Below, piece after piece: positions 14,471 through 27,359 of a DNA stretch of 64,000 bases. The translations under genes were made by a program, and so were the position numbers. The stretch spans positions 65,968,001 to 66,032,000 of the forward strand of contig OZ024742.1 in the NCBI GenBank assembly GCA_964016885.1, read 5' to 3'. The notes below the pieces were generated by a model. The model searched no databases and was not told where the DNA came from. It worked only from the letters and a program-made list of their open reading frames with translations. The stretch's first letter is position 1. Every line of letters begins with the position of its first letter. Source of the stretch: Eledone cirrhosa. Taxonomy: Eukaryota.

Positions 14471-14944
14471 ACAAATTTGTGATCTACCGATACTGCCAAT
14501 CTGCCGAACACGGACTAGAAATGCCACGCTCTAGCACTATTATGTCAGGACTGATTGAAAATTGTCCATGATTCCTGACATAAATTCCTATACTCGTCAT
14601 CACCCAGGCCACTCCCAGGCCACTCATACCTTCCACTAACCCCATAATAAAAATAATAAAGAAATAAATTAATTAAATAAAGGATGCATTTATTTAATAA
14701 AGCATAATTCTTAATTACATGTAACACACAACATAATTGTATACAAAACATAAATTAGATGTAAAATAAATATATTATGGAGGTATATCAATCAATAATT
14801 TCATGTAATATACCACTAACAAGTAGAAGTAACAAACTTAGGTGTAACATTAATTAAATTTAAGAAAAATAATAACCAGATGCAAAACAGTTACATTCTT
14901 TAAGATGTGTCCAATTAAAACATAAATATATATATATATATATT

Positions 14945-14987
<43 letters not shown>

Positions 14988-15120
14988 TAGTAAGGCTGTT
15001 TGGATGCGTCTATAGGCGGTATGCCGGTTGAGCACTCTATGCCCCTTCGGAGCAGAGTATAATAATATAGAAAACGTAGAGAATCTGTGATGCACCGAAA
15101 CATCACTTATTCTTCGTTTT

Positions 15121-15198
<78 letters not shown>

Positions 15199-15202
15199 GT
15201 AT

Positions 15203-16000
<798 letters not shown>

Positions 16001-16125
16001 AGAAAGGGAAAAAATGATAACCATATATTTAAATATATATATAGCCCCCCCAAAAAACAAAAAAAACAACAAAATAAATTATACATATGCATACACACAC
16101 AGGCATGCGCACACACAAGCAACCA

Positions 16126-16159
<34 letters not shown>

Positions 16160-16176
16160 TTATAATATTAATAATA

Positions 16177-16363
16177 ATTGTTTCTACTTTAGGCACAAGG
16201 CCAGCAATTACCCAGTGCATTACTGGTACTTTATTTTATCGACCCCCGTAAGGATGAAAGGCAAAGTAAACCTCGGCGGGATTTGAACTCAGACGGTAAA
16301 GGGACGTAACTATGCTGGAAAGCATGGCGTCCGATCGTCTACCGATACTGCCAATCCCCGCCC
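16177..16363 (-). mobile_element. tRNA-derived SINE with TSD TATAATATTAATAATA
   Basis: Reverse complement of the 10905 family; flanking duplication at 16161 and 16364. Confidence 0.9.
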
Positions 16364-16687
16364 TATAATATTAATAATAGTGAGTAGAGTCGGAGTTGCA
16401 GCTGCGATTACGATTTTTCGAAATCAAACTTTATTTAAGCCACAAACCCATCAACAAGAATTTCAAGAAAAAACATCTACTGAGATTAAGTCGACTGTCG
16501 AAGAAATACAACTGCATTTAAGGTTTCATGTATAGACTTTCTCTCGTAAAAAAAATCGACAGGGAGAGAAAAACAAAACTAGAAAATGTAAAGCAAAAGG
16601 CTTGATGTTATAGCTTGTGTATAATACATCGAGTTCATATTGCTAAGAAAGAAATTTCATTGACGCAGAATCATACATTAATACGTT

Positions 16688-16719
<32 letters not shown>

Positions 16720-16756
16720 TGTATGTATGTATGTATGTATGTATGTATGTATGTAT

Positions 16757-17325
16757 GTCGGGTCATTGGCGACTAAACTGGCAACCCCACCAAGGTTTCT
16801 TGGTGAGGAGGGTGACTTTGGACATCCTGCAGGACTAAAAACAAAACCTGTCAAAGGGCAAAGGAGCTCTTAAGAGTCAATGGCCATCCAAAATCACCGG
16901 GAGAGATGACCCCTTAGCCTTTGTCAAGGCAGAATTCTAGGAGAAGGAAAACTCTGATATAACACCTGCAACCCTGATGGTATCCAATGATGTTGACTTG
17001 TTCTTCTTTTTGGTAAATATCATCTTGGTTAAGAGAGTGGGACTGGCTTTGTGCAGTACCTTTGCTCACTATAAAAGCTTCACGGCACAGGCATTGCTTT
17101 ATATCTGGAGATCTCTCTGCACTTGTCGTCACATGGTACCATGGGCCCAGCAATATGTGTCAATAATTGTCACAAGTGCAGTGTTTGTACCAGAGTTTTC
17201 AAGTCGCTGGCTGGACTAAAAAGTCACACTCGTTCAGCGCATCAGTAGTGGTTCTCCTACATGGATATGAATTAGTGGGCGTACTCGAAAACGAGTTGGC
17301 AGCCACCATGTATGTATGTATGTAT
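16757..17325 (+). mobile_element. ~600-bp non-autonomous RTE-derived retroposon, copy 1, with (TATG)n tail
   Basis: Near-identical to 17326-17926 and 53677-54150; 3' CTCG-AAAA-CGAG stem-loop; C2H2 finger remnant. Confidence 0.75.
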
Positions 17326-17926
17326 GGTCAGGTCACCAGTTGGTGCTACTGGTAACGGGTATCCCAGTACAACCTGTCCCATGGTCGGGTCGTTGGCGAC
17401 TAAACTGGCTACCCCACCAAGATTTCTTGGTGAGGAGGGTGACTTTGGACATCCTGCAATACTAAACACAAAACCTGTCAAAGGGAAAAGGAGCTCTTAA
17501 GAGTCAATGGCCATCCAAAATCACCGGGAGAGTGACCCCTTAGCCTTTGTCAAGGCAGAATTCTAGGAGTAGGAAAACTCTGATATAACACCTGCAACCC
17601 TGATGATATCCAATGATGTTGACTTGTTCTTCTTTTTGGTAAATATCATCTTGGTTAAGAGAGTGGGACTAGCTTTGTGCAGTGCCTTTGCTCACTATAA
17701 AAGCTTCACGGCATAGGCATTGCTTTATATCTGGAGATATCTCTGCACTTGTCGTCACATGGTACCATGGTCCCAGCACTATGTGTCAATAATTGTCACA
17801 AGTGTAGTGTTTGCACCAGAGTTTTCAAGTCGTTCAGCGCATCGGTAGGGGTTCTCCTACATGGATATAAAGTAGTGGCCGTACTCGAAAACGAGTTGCC
17901 ACCCACCATGTATGTATGTATGTATG
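17326..17926 (+). mobile_element. ~600-bp non-autonomous RTE-derived retroposon, copy 2 (longest 5' end)
   Basis: Head-to-tail with copy 1, separated by (TATG)n. Confidence 0.75.
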
Positions 17927-18220
17927 TTCTTCTGGTTTTAATATTTCACAAATTTTTGCCAATAGAGAGAGAGTCGGTTTCTAACATAGACACACGACTC
18001 TCTCATTGGAATTTATACAACATCAACTAGGTAGATTATGTATGCATGTGTAGATATGGATGTTATTGTATGTGTGGATGTGTATGTTTCGAGTTGTATG
18101 TGTGCATGTGTATATGCTTAGTATCTATACAGATGTATATGCAGTTATTAGATGCAAAGTTTTGGGAATGTTTTACATATTTTTACTGTACTGGATTGTA
18201 CTTGTAATTTACTAACTATG
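17927..18220 (-). mobile_element. 3' end of TATG-associated REL (R4/Dong-like) LINE
   Basis: Matches 51447-51765 and 53020-53330. Confidence 0.8.
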
Positions 18221-21200
18221 TATGTATTTATGTATGTATATATGCTCGTTTGCATGAATGTATAGGCAGTAAAGTAAGGGACAAAACCTGTTCGTTCAGG
18301 CTGATAAAACTACATTTGTAACGAATTTCATAGAAGCGGATATAGCGTGCTGTTTCTAAGCAACATCACAGAGTTCCAATATCCACAATAGAATAAACGA
18401 TAAAACGGAAAAAAAGCCACAGTTAAAAATAGATAGCTTAGGACACTATATATGGCTGAAACAGTCGGTTGTTACTTTGAAGTTTCCCAAGGCGATTGGT
18501 TTATCAAATTGATTGAGTGACTGGCTGATTGAAGAATAAACAACAGAAACAGATGATGGATACAGTTTGACGTCACTCATAAGCAGTTAGGACGATGACT
18601 CAGTGGAAAATTCTTGTGTAACTTATAGAAGGAAAGACAATTCTTAGCATTTTTTAGTTTAAAGGGACATAATTTGCAACAGAAATACGAACTTGTCAGA
18701 ATGTGGATTTGGGGAAATACACAGAACCAGCTAATGGTGCATATATATGAAGGGGATACTAGCGGTTCAAAGATGATATATGATATGATAAAATCTTTTA
18801 AACCCCAACTTTCTACCTTGCCATCATCAACAAGTTTCTCCTCAACAGGACAGAAGTTACTATGATCGGGAAACCCAAGGCGACATACGTGAGTTGAAAC
18901 CAACTTGAGTCCCGCCCTGCGGATTTCCAACCTTCTTCGACACTCTGTAAACATTCAATTACTACCAGTGTGACATGGTCTCAAACACAATAGTGCGCAA
19001 GCTTAAACAACACCGACAGGCATTTTTCCACTCGGCCTCACTCCATTGCTTGGCTTAAAGTCGTACCCACGCTTTCAACCTCGACAGCAATTGAAACTTA
19101 GTCTCCGCATCTGTGGGCCACGCAGATATCTATGTAGACACCCTATGGGCTCTTTCAGCCTTCAGCCACTATCATGCGACTAGAGAGCCGGCTCTCTCCC
19201 GCGCTATTTCTCTCACACCGAGATCATAAAGTATGGCTTAGACGCCTTTGATTTCGTCTTCCCATTTCAAGGCAACAGACCTGAACCGAGTTGGCGGCAG
19301 CAGGTCAGATGGGTTCCCAATCTTCCCATTCAGTGGTTATAAAGTCCTTATGGGGTACAAATTCGTGGTAATAAATTCATTAGTTAGAACAAACTCCACC
19401 GAGAAATTGGCTCATTATGTTTTGAGACACACAAGCTTTGCTACTCTACAAGCTAAAACACGCAAACTGTCAAAGTATCCACTGCTCTCCGATAGGTTTT
19501 TAGTCGAACTTGTAATAATAGAGACTACCTGTGTTCTTGAGAGCTGAACCACCTACTTAATCACCAGTATCCGAATGTAATTGTCCACCCGCAAGAGCGA
19601 GCCATGAAAACTGGAATTGCTAGTCTACCGAGTCTCCTTCCTCCTCCTCTATGACCACGAGGCGGTCAGCGCTTGTGTGCAGCACGCCAGTTAGCACTCT
19701 CCCACATTGCCCAGGGCCGTAACAGTGGCCTAGCGATGTTTGAGCGCACTTTTGATATTTAAAGCATTCTTAAATGTATAGCACCAGACTGAAATGGAAC
19801 TATTGATCGTCTGCTCCGGAAAAATAATAAATACATTATAGAAAGACAATTTTAGAACTTTCTTTAGAAAGCAACATGAAATATCACGTCTTCTTTTCTA
19901 ATGTACAACATACTTCAGCTGTGTGACGAATTCTTGAAATATATAGTCATTCCGCAAGTTAGATACCCTAAAAGGATCTTATTCTAAAGCATGAATATGG
20001 GAAACCGAATCGCAAGGGTGGTGTAGATCAGACCCATCGGCTGCCTATATGTTTAGCTAATTTATAGTGCCAATCATGGATAAAGATTCAAATAATTACA
20101 GAATAATTCCTAGATGTCCGAATTATATTCCAGGATTAAAAATACTTCCAATGCGCTTCGAGGATGTAGACTGTAGTCGCCATGTAAGTTTTAAAAGTAA
20201 ATTATAGACAGAAGTGTAAAAGGGGGAAGTAGAGATATAGAATTAAGAGAAAAAGAAGTCCAAGTAAATAAAAATAGAAAAACACAAATGAGAAAGAAAT
20301 AGAAAATATAACTGGAATAAGATGAACATGCACGTGAAGTAGGTTTTGGCATCTAGTTTGCTGGCTCATGCCTAAATGTATTATTCGCTTTGTAGGTGAA
20401 ATTCCTCCTGAACAAGAACGTGTTTGAATATTTTCGGTTTGAATTTCTTTGTCTGCCAGTAGGTCTTCCCTCCATTTCTGGATATTTGTTGGTAGGTTCA
20501 ATATTAGTTGTTTTTCGGTTTCATACATCTTTCATTTATTGCCGCACACATCATTCACCGCTATAATTCATATCATGTAGTTAATATAGAACAAAACTAG
20601 TCCCCTATCATTACTATACCTATGTCTATGATTTTTGGTCTATACTGATTTGTTTACACTATAACTAGACTTCCCAAAATATGCGCCATCAAAGCTATGC
20701 ATAGAAACATAAAGATCTTGTCTTCATGCTCATTGACTCAAAAGTCCTATAGAAAAATAGTACTGAATGCGATTGAATATAGTGCTAGAGTACAATTATT
20801 TATTTTGAGCAAATCAATCAGCTGCGGCACAAGCATTCGCGGGGAATTATTATTTAAGTTGCGAGAATTAGCAGTCAGTTATCTCCCGAATATCTTACGA
20901 TGGGAAGAATACATTAGATACACAGCAATGGAGAAATACAGCATTGTCACATCTGGATTATCTTTGGTTTAGGTCAGCAGGACAAGTAATTGCCTGGGAC
21001 AAAACAACGGAATCAAAACCATCATAATGACCAGGAACAGCAAATACATAGCGAGAGAAATCGAACCTCAACGTGGTGGTAAGACCTGCAAGGATAGCAG
21101 TGACATATTCCTAAAATTACAGCCTATTTCAATAAAGGAAAAACAAGATGAAACTGGCAGCCCCTGATATATAAAAAGTTGTGTTACTCATGACTGAAAT

Positions 21201-22023
21201 GTATTTAATTGAATGTTCAACCAAGATCGACATCAGTCTAAATTGCTGCAATAACAATAACGATGTATATCTACAGTATCACGAAAATATGGTTAAATAT
21301 AAATTTTGAACATGGAACGGGATGAGATAGGAAAAAATAGAAGCAAATGTGCATTAATGAATGAATCAAGTGGTGATAATTCCAGAGGAAAAGCCTTGAA
21401 ATATTTACTTGAATTTCAATGCGTTCTGACTTCAAATCTCGTCGATTTAAGTCTGTTCTAGTCAATTATCTATTTTTAACATAATCACATAATTTTAGGA
21501 CTACATATTTGGAACAAATGTGTGTAGATCTACAACTCTGAATGGCAGCAACATTTTCCTTAACGAGCTAACAAGGTTGACTTTATGTGGTTGCTCGATT
21601 TCTTAGAAAGTACAGTTAAATCTCATTTAATTCAAAACATAATCTCTTAAAAATAACAATGGTATTGAAAACTGCATTGGATGATTTAGTCTCAGGTACA
21701 CAATGACTCAAAATAATATGAGCTGCTTAATCTGGGCACGCCTGGTGCTAAAGAAATAAAGAAAATATAGTGTCCTAACTGTCTTAGCATTCTGTTCTTT
21801 TATCTGGTATCCGTCTTTTTTTTTCTTAATTCCTTTCTATCGTTATTTCGTAATTTCTTCCCTTATTACTTGCGTACTTTTTTCTTTTTACATTCATTTT
21901 TTTATCGCTCTGCCATTTTTTCAGTGTTTCTTTCATTATCATACTTTCATTCTTTCTCTTAAACTATCTATCCATCTATCTATTTATCTATCTATCAATC
22001 TATCTTTCTTTCCTTCTTCCTTA

Positions 22024-22059
<36 letters not shown>

Positions 22060-22301
22060 GTTTCTTTGTTTCTTTGTTTCTTTGTTTCTTTGTTTCTTTC
22101 TTTCTTTTCCTTCTTCTCGTATTATTCATATAGTTTTTACCTTTTCTATCTATCTTCCTTTTTACCATTTACGCTTTCTGTTTTTATACTATTTTCTTTC
22201 AGACAGTCCAAAAATAGTTATATAAATAACACATAAAAATATTGTATAAACTCGCACAGAAATAGCCAAATATAATACGAATATAATGATGAGAATGAGA
22301 A

Positions 22302-22358
<57 letters not shown>

Positions 22359-22501
22359 AAAGGGAATAGCTTCTTTTCAAAATATTCGACAATGAATTTC
22401 TTTGTAGGGAAATAAAAATGTAATGAAACGGTAATTGTTCAGAAGTGCTGTGCCATAGAGGCATATATTGAGATATATATAGTCGTATATATGTATGTAT
22501 G

Positions 22502-22581
<80 letters not shown>

Positions 22582-22899
22582 GTCGGTATCTCTAGGAAGC
22601 CATACAATGCAAATGTGCTAGAATTATCAAGGTAAGAATTCGACAGGTAATTGAGAGTAGAGTTAGAGCGCAAAAAAATGAGAGAAGAAGGAAAATAAAA
22701 TAAATGAGAGAATGAAAGTTACCTTTGCAATTTATTTTCCCAAAATCTTACGGATTTAACATCCATTATGAAGAGGGTCTGCGGGTGTTTTCTTCGGAGA
22801 AATCAGAGTTTGCCTTGTTTCTCGCTGTTCATTTTTTTCATTTCGGTTGTGTTGGGATTAAATATACGCATGTGCCTAAAGGTACGTGGACGGCTGGTA

Positions 22900-22947
<48 letters not shown>

Positions 22948-22948
22948 G

Positions 22949-22995
<47 letters not shown>

Positions 22996-23218
22996 GGATA
23001 GATAAATATACACGGGTGTGTATGATTGTGTATAGAAGATTATATTAATAAGAGGAATTCCAACTTTGTCTGATTTACTCGTTTTATTTACAATTCTTTA
23101 AAATTTAGAATATTAAATGTTAAGTGTTAATTGAACAAGTACTTTCATGCTTTCGCAATCTTCAGGTTCATAATGTGTGGTGACAGTCAAGTTTGCAATT
23201 TTCAACTTATATATATAT

Positions 23219-23256
<38 letters not shown>

Positions 23257-23347
23257 GTATATGAAGTATTTCCGTAGGAAGGGAGAGTGCTGCTCTATGT
23301 ATACTACAGAACTATTTAATTATGTAATAAACAACATAAGACAATTA

Positions 23348-23420
23348 TTCCATTTACCAAAGGTTTCACGAAGACAGGCGAGCTCAATAGAGAAGTCTGA
23401 AATTGCTCATCAGAATGAAA
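23348..23420 (-). ncRNA. type-I hammerhead motif, intact core
   Basis: Minus strand: UUUCAUU-CUGAUGA-GC..GU-GAAA-CC-UUU-G-GUA-AAUGGAA. 7-bp helix I; predicted cleavage 23355/23354. Confidence 0.8.
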
Positions 23421-23493
23421 ATTTAATATATTAAATTTTCATTCTGATGAGCGATTAAATGGAATAAATGACTTATGTTGTTTATTAAATAAT

Positions 23494-23547
<54 letters not shown>

Positions 23548-23854
23548 TATATACCGATGTGTGTGTATGTGTAAGAACGTGTGTGTTCGTAAATCTATCC
23601 GTTGGTGAGTATACATATGTGTAATATATGTGGAAATATGTTAGTTCGTATGTATGTGTGTAAATGTAATGGCATGTGTGTGTGTGTGTACATAAGCGTA
23701 TCCATAGGTGTGCATATAAGCATGTGAATGTGGGTGTAAATACATAAATACCAATGGTATGTATAAGGATCGTACTGGCACGCGCTTGTTTGACCTGTGT
23801 GGGTGGGTTAGTGTCTGAAGGATGGGTCTTGTTAGATCAACCACTGTGTCTTGT

Positions 23855-24113
23855 TTCTTTCCATTTTGATATTAATGGAAGGCTCTACTCAACTAACCAG
23901 AAGGGTTTCCTTGAGATTTTGGGTGACTATATTGCGATACGTACTCAGGATTATGGTAGTTATTTTCTTATTCTTGTTCTTGCATTTGAGGTTATCTTTG
24001 TGAAACGACGAGGACTTTGTCGTGATGTGTTCTCTTATACTCAGGTGCAGGTGCCGAATAGTGCTGCTGATGTAGAAATAACTGCGCTTGCTACATTTCA
24101 GCCTGTTGATCAC
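23855..24113 (-). mobile_element. Penelope-like element GIY-YIG endonuclease relic
   Basis: VINRLKCSKRSYFYISSTIRHLHLSIREH...LKETLLVS*VEPSIN fits the VIY..CxxC..YIGxT.R.L..R..EH...EALLI...PSIN pattern. Confidence 0.8.
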
Positions 24114-25318
24114 GCAGGAGATAGTTAGTGTTGCGGGTAGGGTAAATGCTCAAGATACACCTCTCCTCCTCAAAGTAGTTGCCTTTTCGATAGGCATCTC
24201 TGTAGGGAAAGACCCGAGTAGGCCAGTCAGATGTCTGGAACTTCCCTCCTGATAGCCCTTTATGTGGTGCTTGTTTGTTTCCCTCTGAGGTGTGGAATCA
24301 TGAAGAAGAAGCTGTTGGCTGAGTTAAACCGTCTTCTGGGTTTGGTCCTCCACCGAAGTATGGATAAAGTGGCTTACTAGCTGTTGATTTCTAACATTCT
24401 GCAAAATTGTTTGCCGGGTTTACTGGCCATGTTATACATGAACCGACTCGGAGTGAGCATCAGAAGAGAGAAGGAGAAAAGGGAGAGGAATAAAAAAAAA
24501 GGAAAGCAACAGAATTGCAATGGAAAATATGAACAAAAGGGGTGGGAGGGAAAATGGAGCAACAGAAGAACAAGGGGGACGTAGACAATAAAGGAAAGGA
24601 CACATAAAGAGATCAACAAAAGGAAGGCAACATGAGAGAGTAATAAATAAAGAAATAAAGAGGAAAAGAAGAGGTAAGTGAAAAGGGGAGTAAATGAGAA
24701 CAAGAAGAAAAGAGGAAAACGGAAGGGGATTAAGAGAGTAAAATGCAAAAAAAAAAAAAAAGAGAGGAACAGGAGCAAAACAAGAGAAATTAGAATAGCA
24801 GAAGGCAATCAAGAAAAAAGGGCAGAAAAAAGGGGATCAAACGAAAATGTGAGCGAGAACAGATCAAGGGAAAGAAAAACATGAAAAGGAGTGAAATAGA
24901 AGGAAAACAAAATAAAATGAGGGCAACCGAAGAAGAGAAACGAATATTACCAGGAGACTAAGAGAAAGAAGAATGCACCAGAACAATAGAATAAAAGATA
25001 TAGATTTTCACTTTTCTCCTTTCTCTCAGATTTATCTTTCGTATTCTAATTCTACTACTTATGTATCTCGCTATCTCCCTTTATGGGTCAGATTACAGCA
25101 CAGATTAAACCAGTAAAAGACTTGGTTATTTTGTTTTGTTAGTGTTTATCGGTAATGTACATCATTTCATGTGCATGTGTTTATACACAATTAAACACAC
25201 AAACACACCGCACTCGCTCTCGCTCTAACACACAAATATATATGGGTGTGTGTGAGGTTGTAAGGGAGAAACAGAGCTTACGTGCACATAGTTACGTGCG
25301 CATCTATATCTATCTATC

Positions 25319-25380
<62 letters not shown>

Positions 25381-25432
25381 CACACACACACACATTAAAC
25401 TATGTTACAAAAACACCATTATTTATATTACG

Positions 25433-25479
25433 AATTAATTTACAATTGTTTCAGCCCGTGGGTTTCATCGGAATCAATC
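25433..25479 (-). ncRNA. minimal type-I hammerhead motif, U4C core
   Basis: Minus strand: GAUUGAUU-CCGAUGA-AACCC ac GGGCU-GAAA-C-AAUU-GUA-AAUUAAUU. 8-bp helix I; palindromic helix III ACAAUUGU. Confidence 0.7.
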
Positions 25480-25584
25480 ATTATTCAAATAAATACACCA
25501 AGAAGCTCATCATTTCGAACGCACAAACAATCCGTAGAGTTTTGTTTACATTTTAAAAAGTCTGCCTTTATATATACCCCCCCC

Positions 25585-25637
<53 letters not shown>

Positions 25638-25701
25638 TTTTTATTCATAGATGTAAGTGTAAAAGGTGTATAAAAGCAAATCTCTCTCTCCCCCTTCTCT
25701 C

Positions 25702-25787
<86 letters not shown>

Positions 25788-25929
25788 TGTGTGGGTACAA
25801 AATCTCAGGACTGCTGGACAGCAGAACGTCATCAGAGAATAAAACCTCGTCAAGTAAGTTTTTCGGCCCTTACCTCTAGTGCCAATAGTTTCCGAAGAAA
25901 TAGGTCAAGGAACACTACCGCTTTATGTA

Positions 25930-25970
<41 letters not shown>

Positions 25971-25974
<4 letters not shown>

Positions 25975-26167
25975 AAAATCTTTAAACCCGACGGCAGAGC
26001 TCAAGCCGTTTCGTCGGCTATTTCTGGAGTCCAGAAATAGCCGTCGTAACGGCTTGAGCTCTGCCGTTGGGGTTAAATATTTTCCTATTACCCACTCTAC
26101 CACCCTAAGTATTGAGTACTCTGGTGCGTTATGGTCCATTTGGTTCCTTACCACACTTCCTTCGTTA
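25971..26167. mobile_element. hairpin-headed ~200-bp interspersed repeat, copy 1 (117-bp palindrome plus 80-bp tail)
   Basis: TAGGAAAA...TTTTCCTA palindrome centred on CTGGA-G-TCCAG; further copies at 40157 and 48633; all within (TA)n. Confidence 0.8.
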
Positions 26168-26179
26168 TATATATATATG

Positions 26180-26510
26180 TTGGAGTTATCCCAGTTTCCT
26201 GAGTTGCCTTCTCCTAGAAGTATGCCCTGACAAAGGCTAGAGGCGCTTCACTCCCAGTGGTTTAACCGCGCGATCGGGTATCCAGCCTGACTATTTCTAT
26301 GTTACCGATGATGTTGATCCTTTGTTCTTTTCGGGTTATAGCTACTGTCGCTCCGAGAGTGGGATTGGCTCAGTTCACAGTCTTTCCTCACTTTAAAAAA
26401 ATCTTCACGCACAGGTATTGCACGATAGAATTAATTGATAATTATCAATAATGTTATATCGTGCAATGGCCATACTCGATAACGAGAGGGCAGCCCTCAT
26501 ATATATATAT
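26180..26510 (+). mobile_element. diverged relative of the RTE-derived retroposon with an inverted 5' segment
   Basis: 26200-26260 matches the reverse of 16898-16957; 26307-26420 matches 16985-17097 forward; 3' CTCG-ATAA-CGAG stem-loop. Confidence 0.7.
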
Positions 26511-27195
26511 GTTAATTTTTAATTTTTAAAATTTTCTTATTTTACGTCTTTCATATAATTGTTCTGCATCCCCCTGCATTGAATCACCTAGGTACTATGA
26601 CATAACTTATGTATTTGCTAGCATTAGTGTACATCTGTACGCATATGTTGGTAAATATACTAATTCTCTATATTTATCTCCAAATTATTTATTTGTTGAG
26701 CAAACTTGCCAAATCCACTACTAATTCATCGTAGTGGTAGTAGGCTCTTGTCATAATACCATCCCACTCCTACTGACTAGCCTCAGTGTCACGTGATTGA
26801 TTCTTTAGAATCTGCCACTTTACCAGAGACAGTGAACTTTTTCAGTGCTATGGAATTCAGTCCCCGCTAGCTGTTCCATCCACCGAATTATTATTTTTAT
26901 ATGAGTCCCTAGTGTCCGCGCATTGCCTGGGGACTTAGCTGAGAATAGACTCCCTGATGACGTAATGAATTCTCGATGGTTACATTGCGTAACTATCTTT
27001 ATCCCATTACAGAAACTAATTAGTTGGAGTGAAAATTTTAGTAAGTTAATTTTTAATTTTTAAAATATTCTTATTTTACGTCTTTCATATAATTGTTCTG
27101 CATCCCCCTGCATTGAACCACCTAGGTACTATGACATAACTTATGTATTTGCTAGCATTAGTGTACATCTGTACGCATATGTTGGTAAATATACT

Positions 27196-27203
<8 letters not shown>
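26511..27203 (+). mobile_element. retrozyme-like or non-autonomous Penelope unit: 534-bp period, 159-bp terminal direct repeats, internal hammerhead
   Basis: 26511-26669 is repeated at 27045-27203; HHR at 26949-27030; no convincing ORF; flanked by microsatellites. Confidence 0.75.
26949..27030 (+). ncRNA. type-I hammerhead motif
   Basis: ACUCC-CUGAUGA-c-GUAAUG..CAUUAC-a-GAAA-C-UAAUUA-GUU-GGAGU. Perfect helix I, palindromic helix III; predicted cleavage after 27025. Confidence 0.85.
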
Positions 27204-27294
<91 letters not shown>

Positions 27295-27359
27295 AATTAT
27301 GTAATAACATGTATACAAAGCCTGCTTTGTGTCTCCCAATTCATATATATATCCTGCTA

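Noticed and set aside
14545-14645. GC-richer minus-strand stretch reading GVSGRYEWPGSGLGDDEYRNLCQESW
   Set aside because: Could be an exon, but there is no recognisable homology or clear splice context.
17326-17410. Possible HDV-like ribozyme at the 5' end of the RTE-derived element (GGUCAGG/CCUGUCC, CUAA-ACUGG)
   Set aside because: P3/L3 and P1.1 cannot be built with canonical lengths; it folds better as a plain long hairpin. A covariance-model search would settle it.
18600-19740. Complex, GC-richer sequence with short ORFs
   Set aside because: No recognisable domain, termini or repeats.
20340-21170. Faint CR1/L2-like peptide traces
   Set aside because: Too decayed to support a call.
22746-22800. 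Minus-strand CCGAAGA HHR relic followed by AATAAA
   Set aside because: G12 is missing and helix I is only 3 bp; kept only as supporting context.
25795-25850. Minus-strand CUGAUGA with a CUGCUG/CAGCAG hairpin
   Set aside because: No GAAA and no helix I partner.
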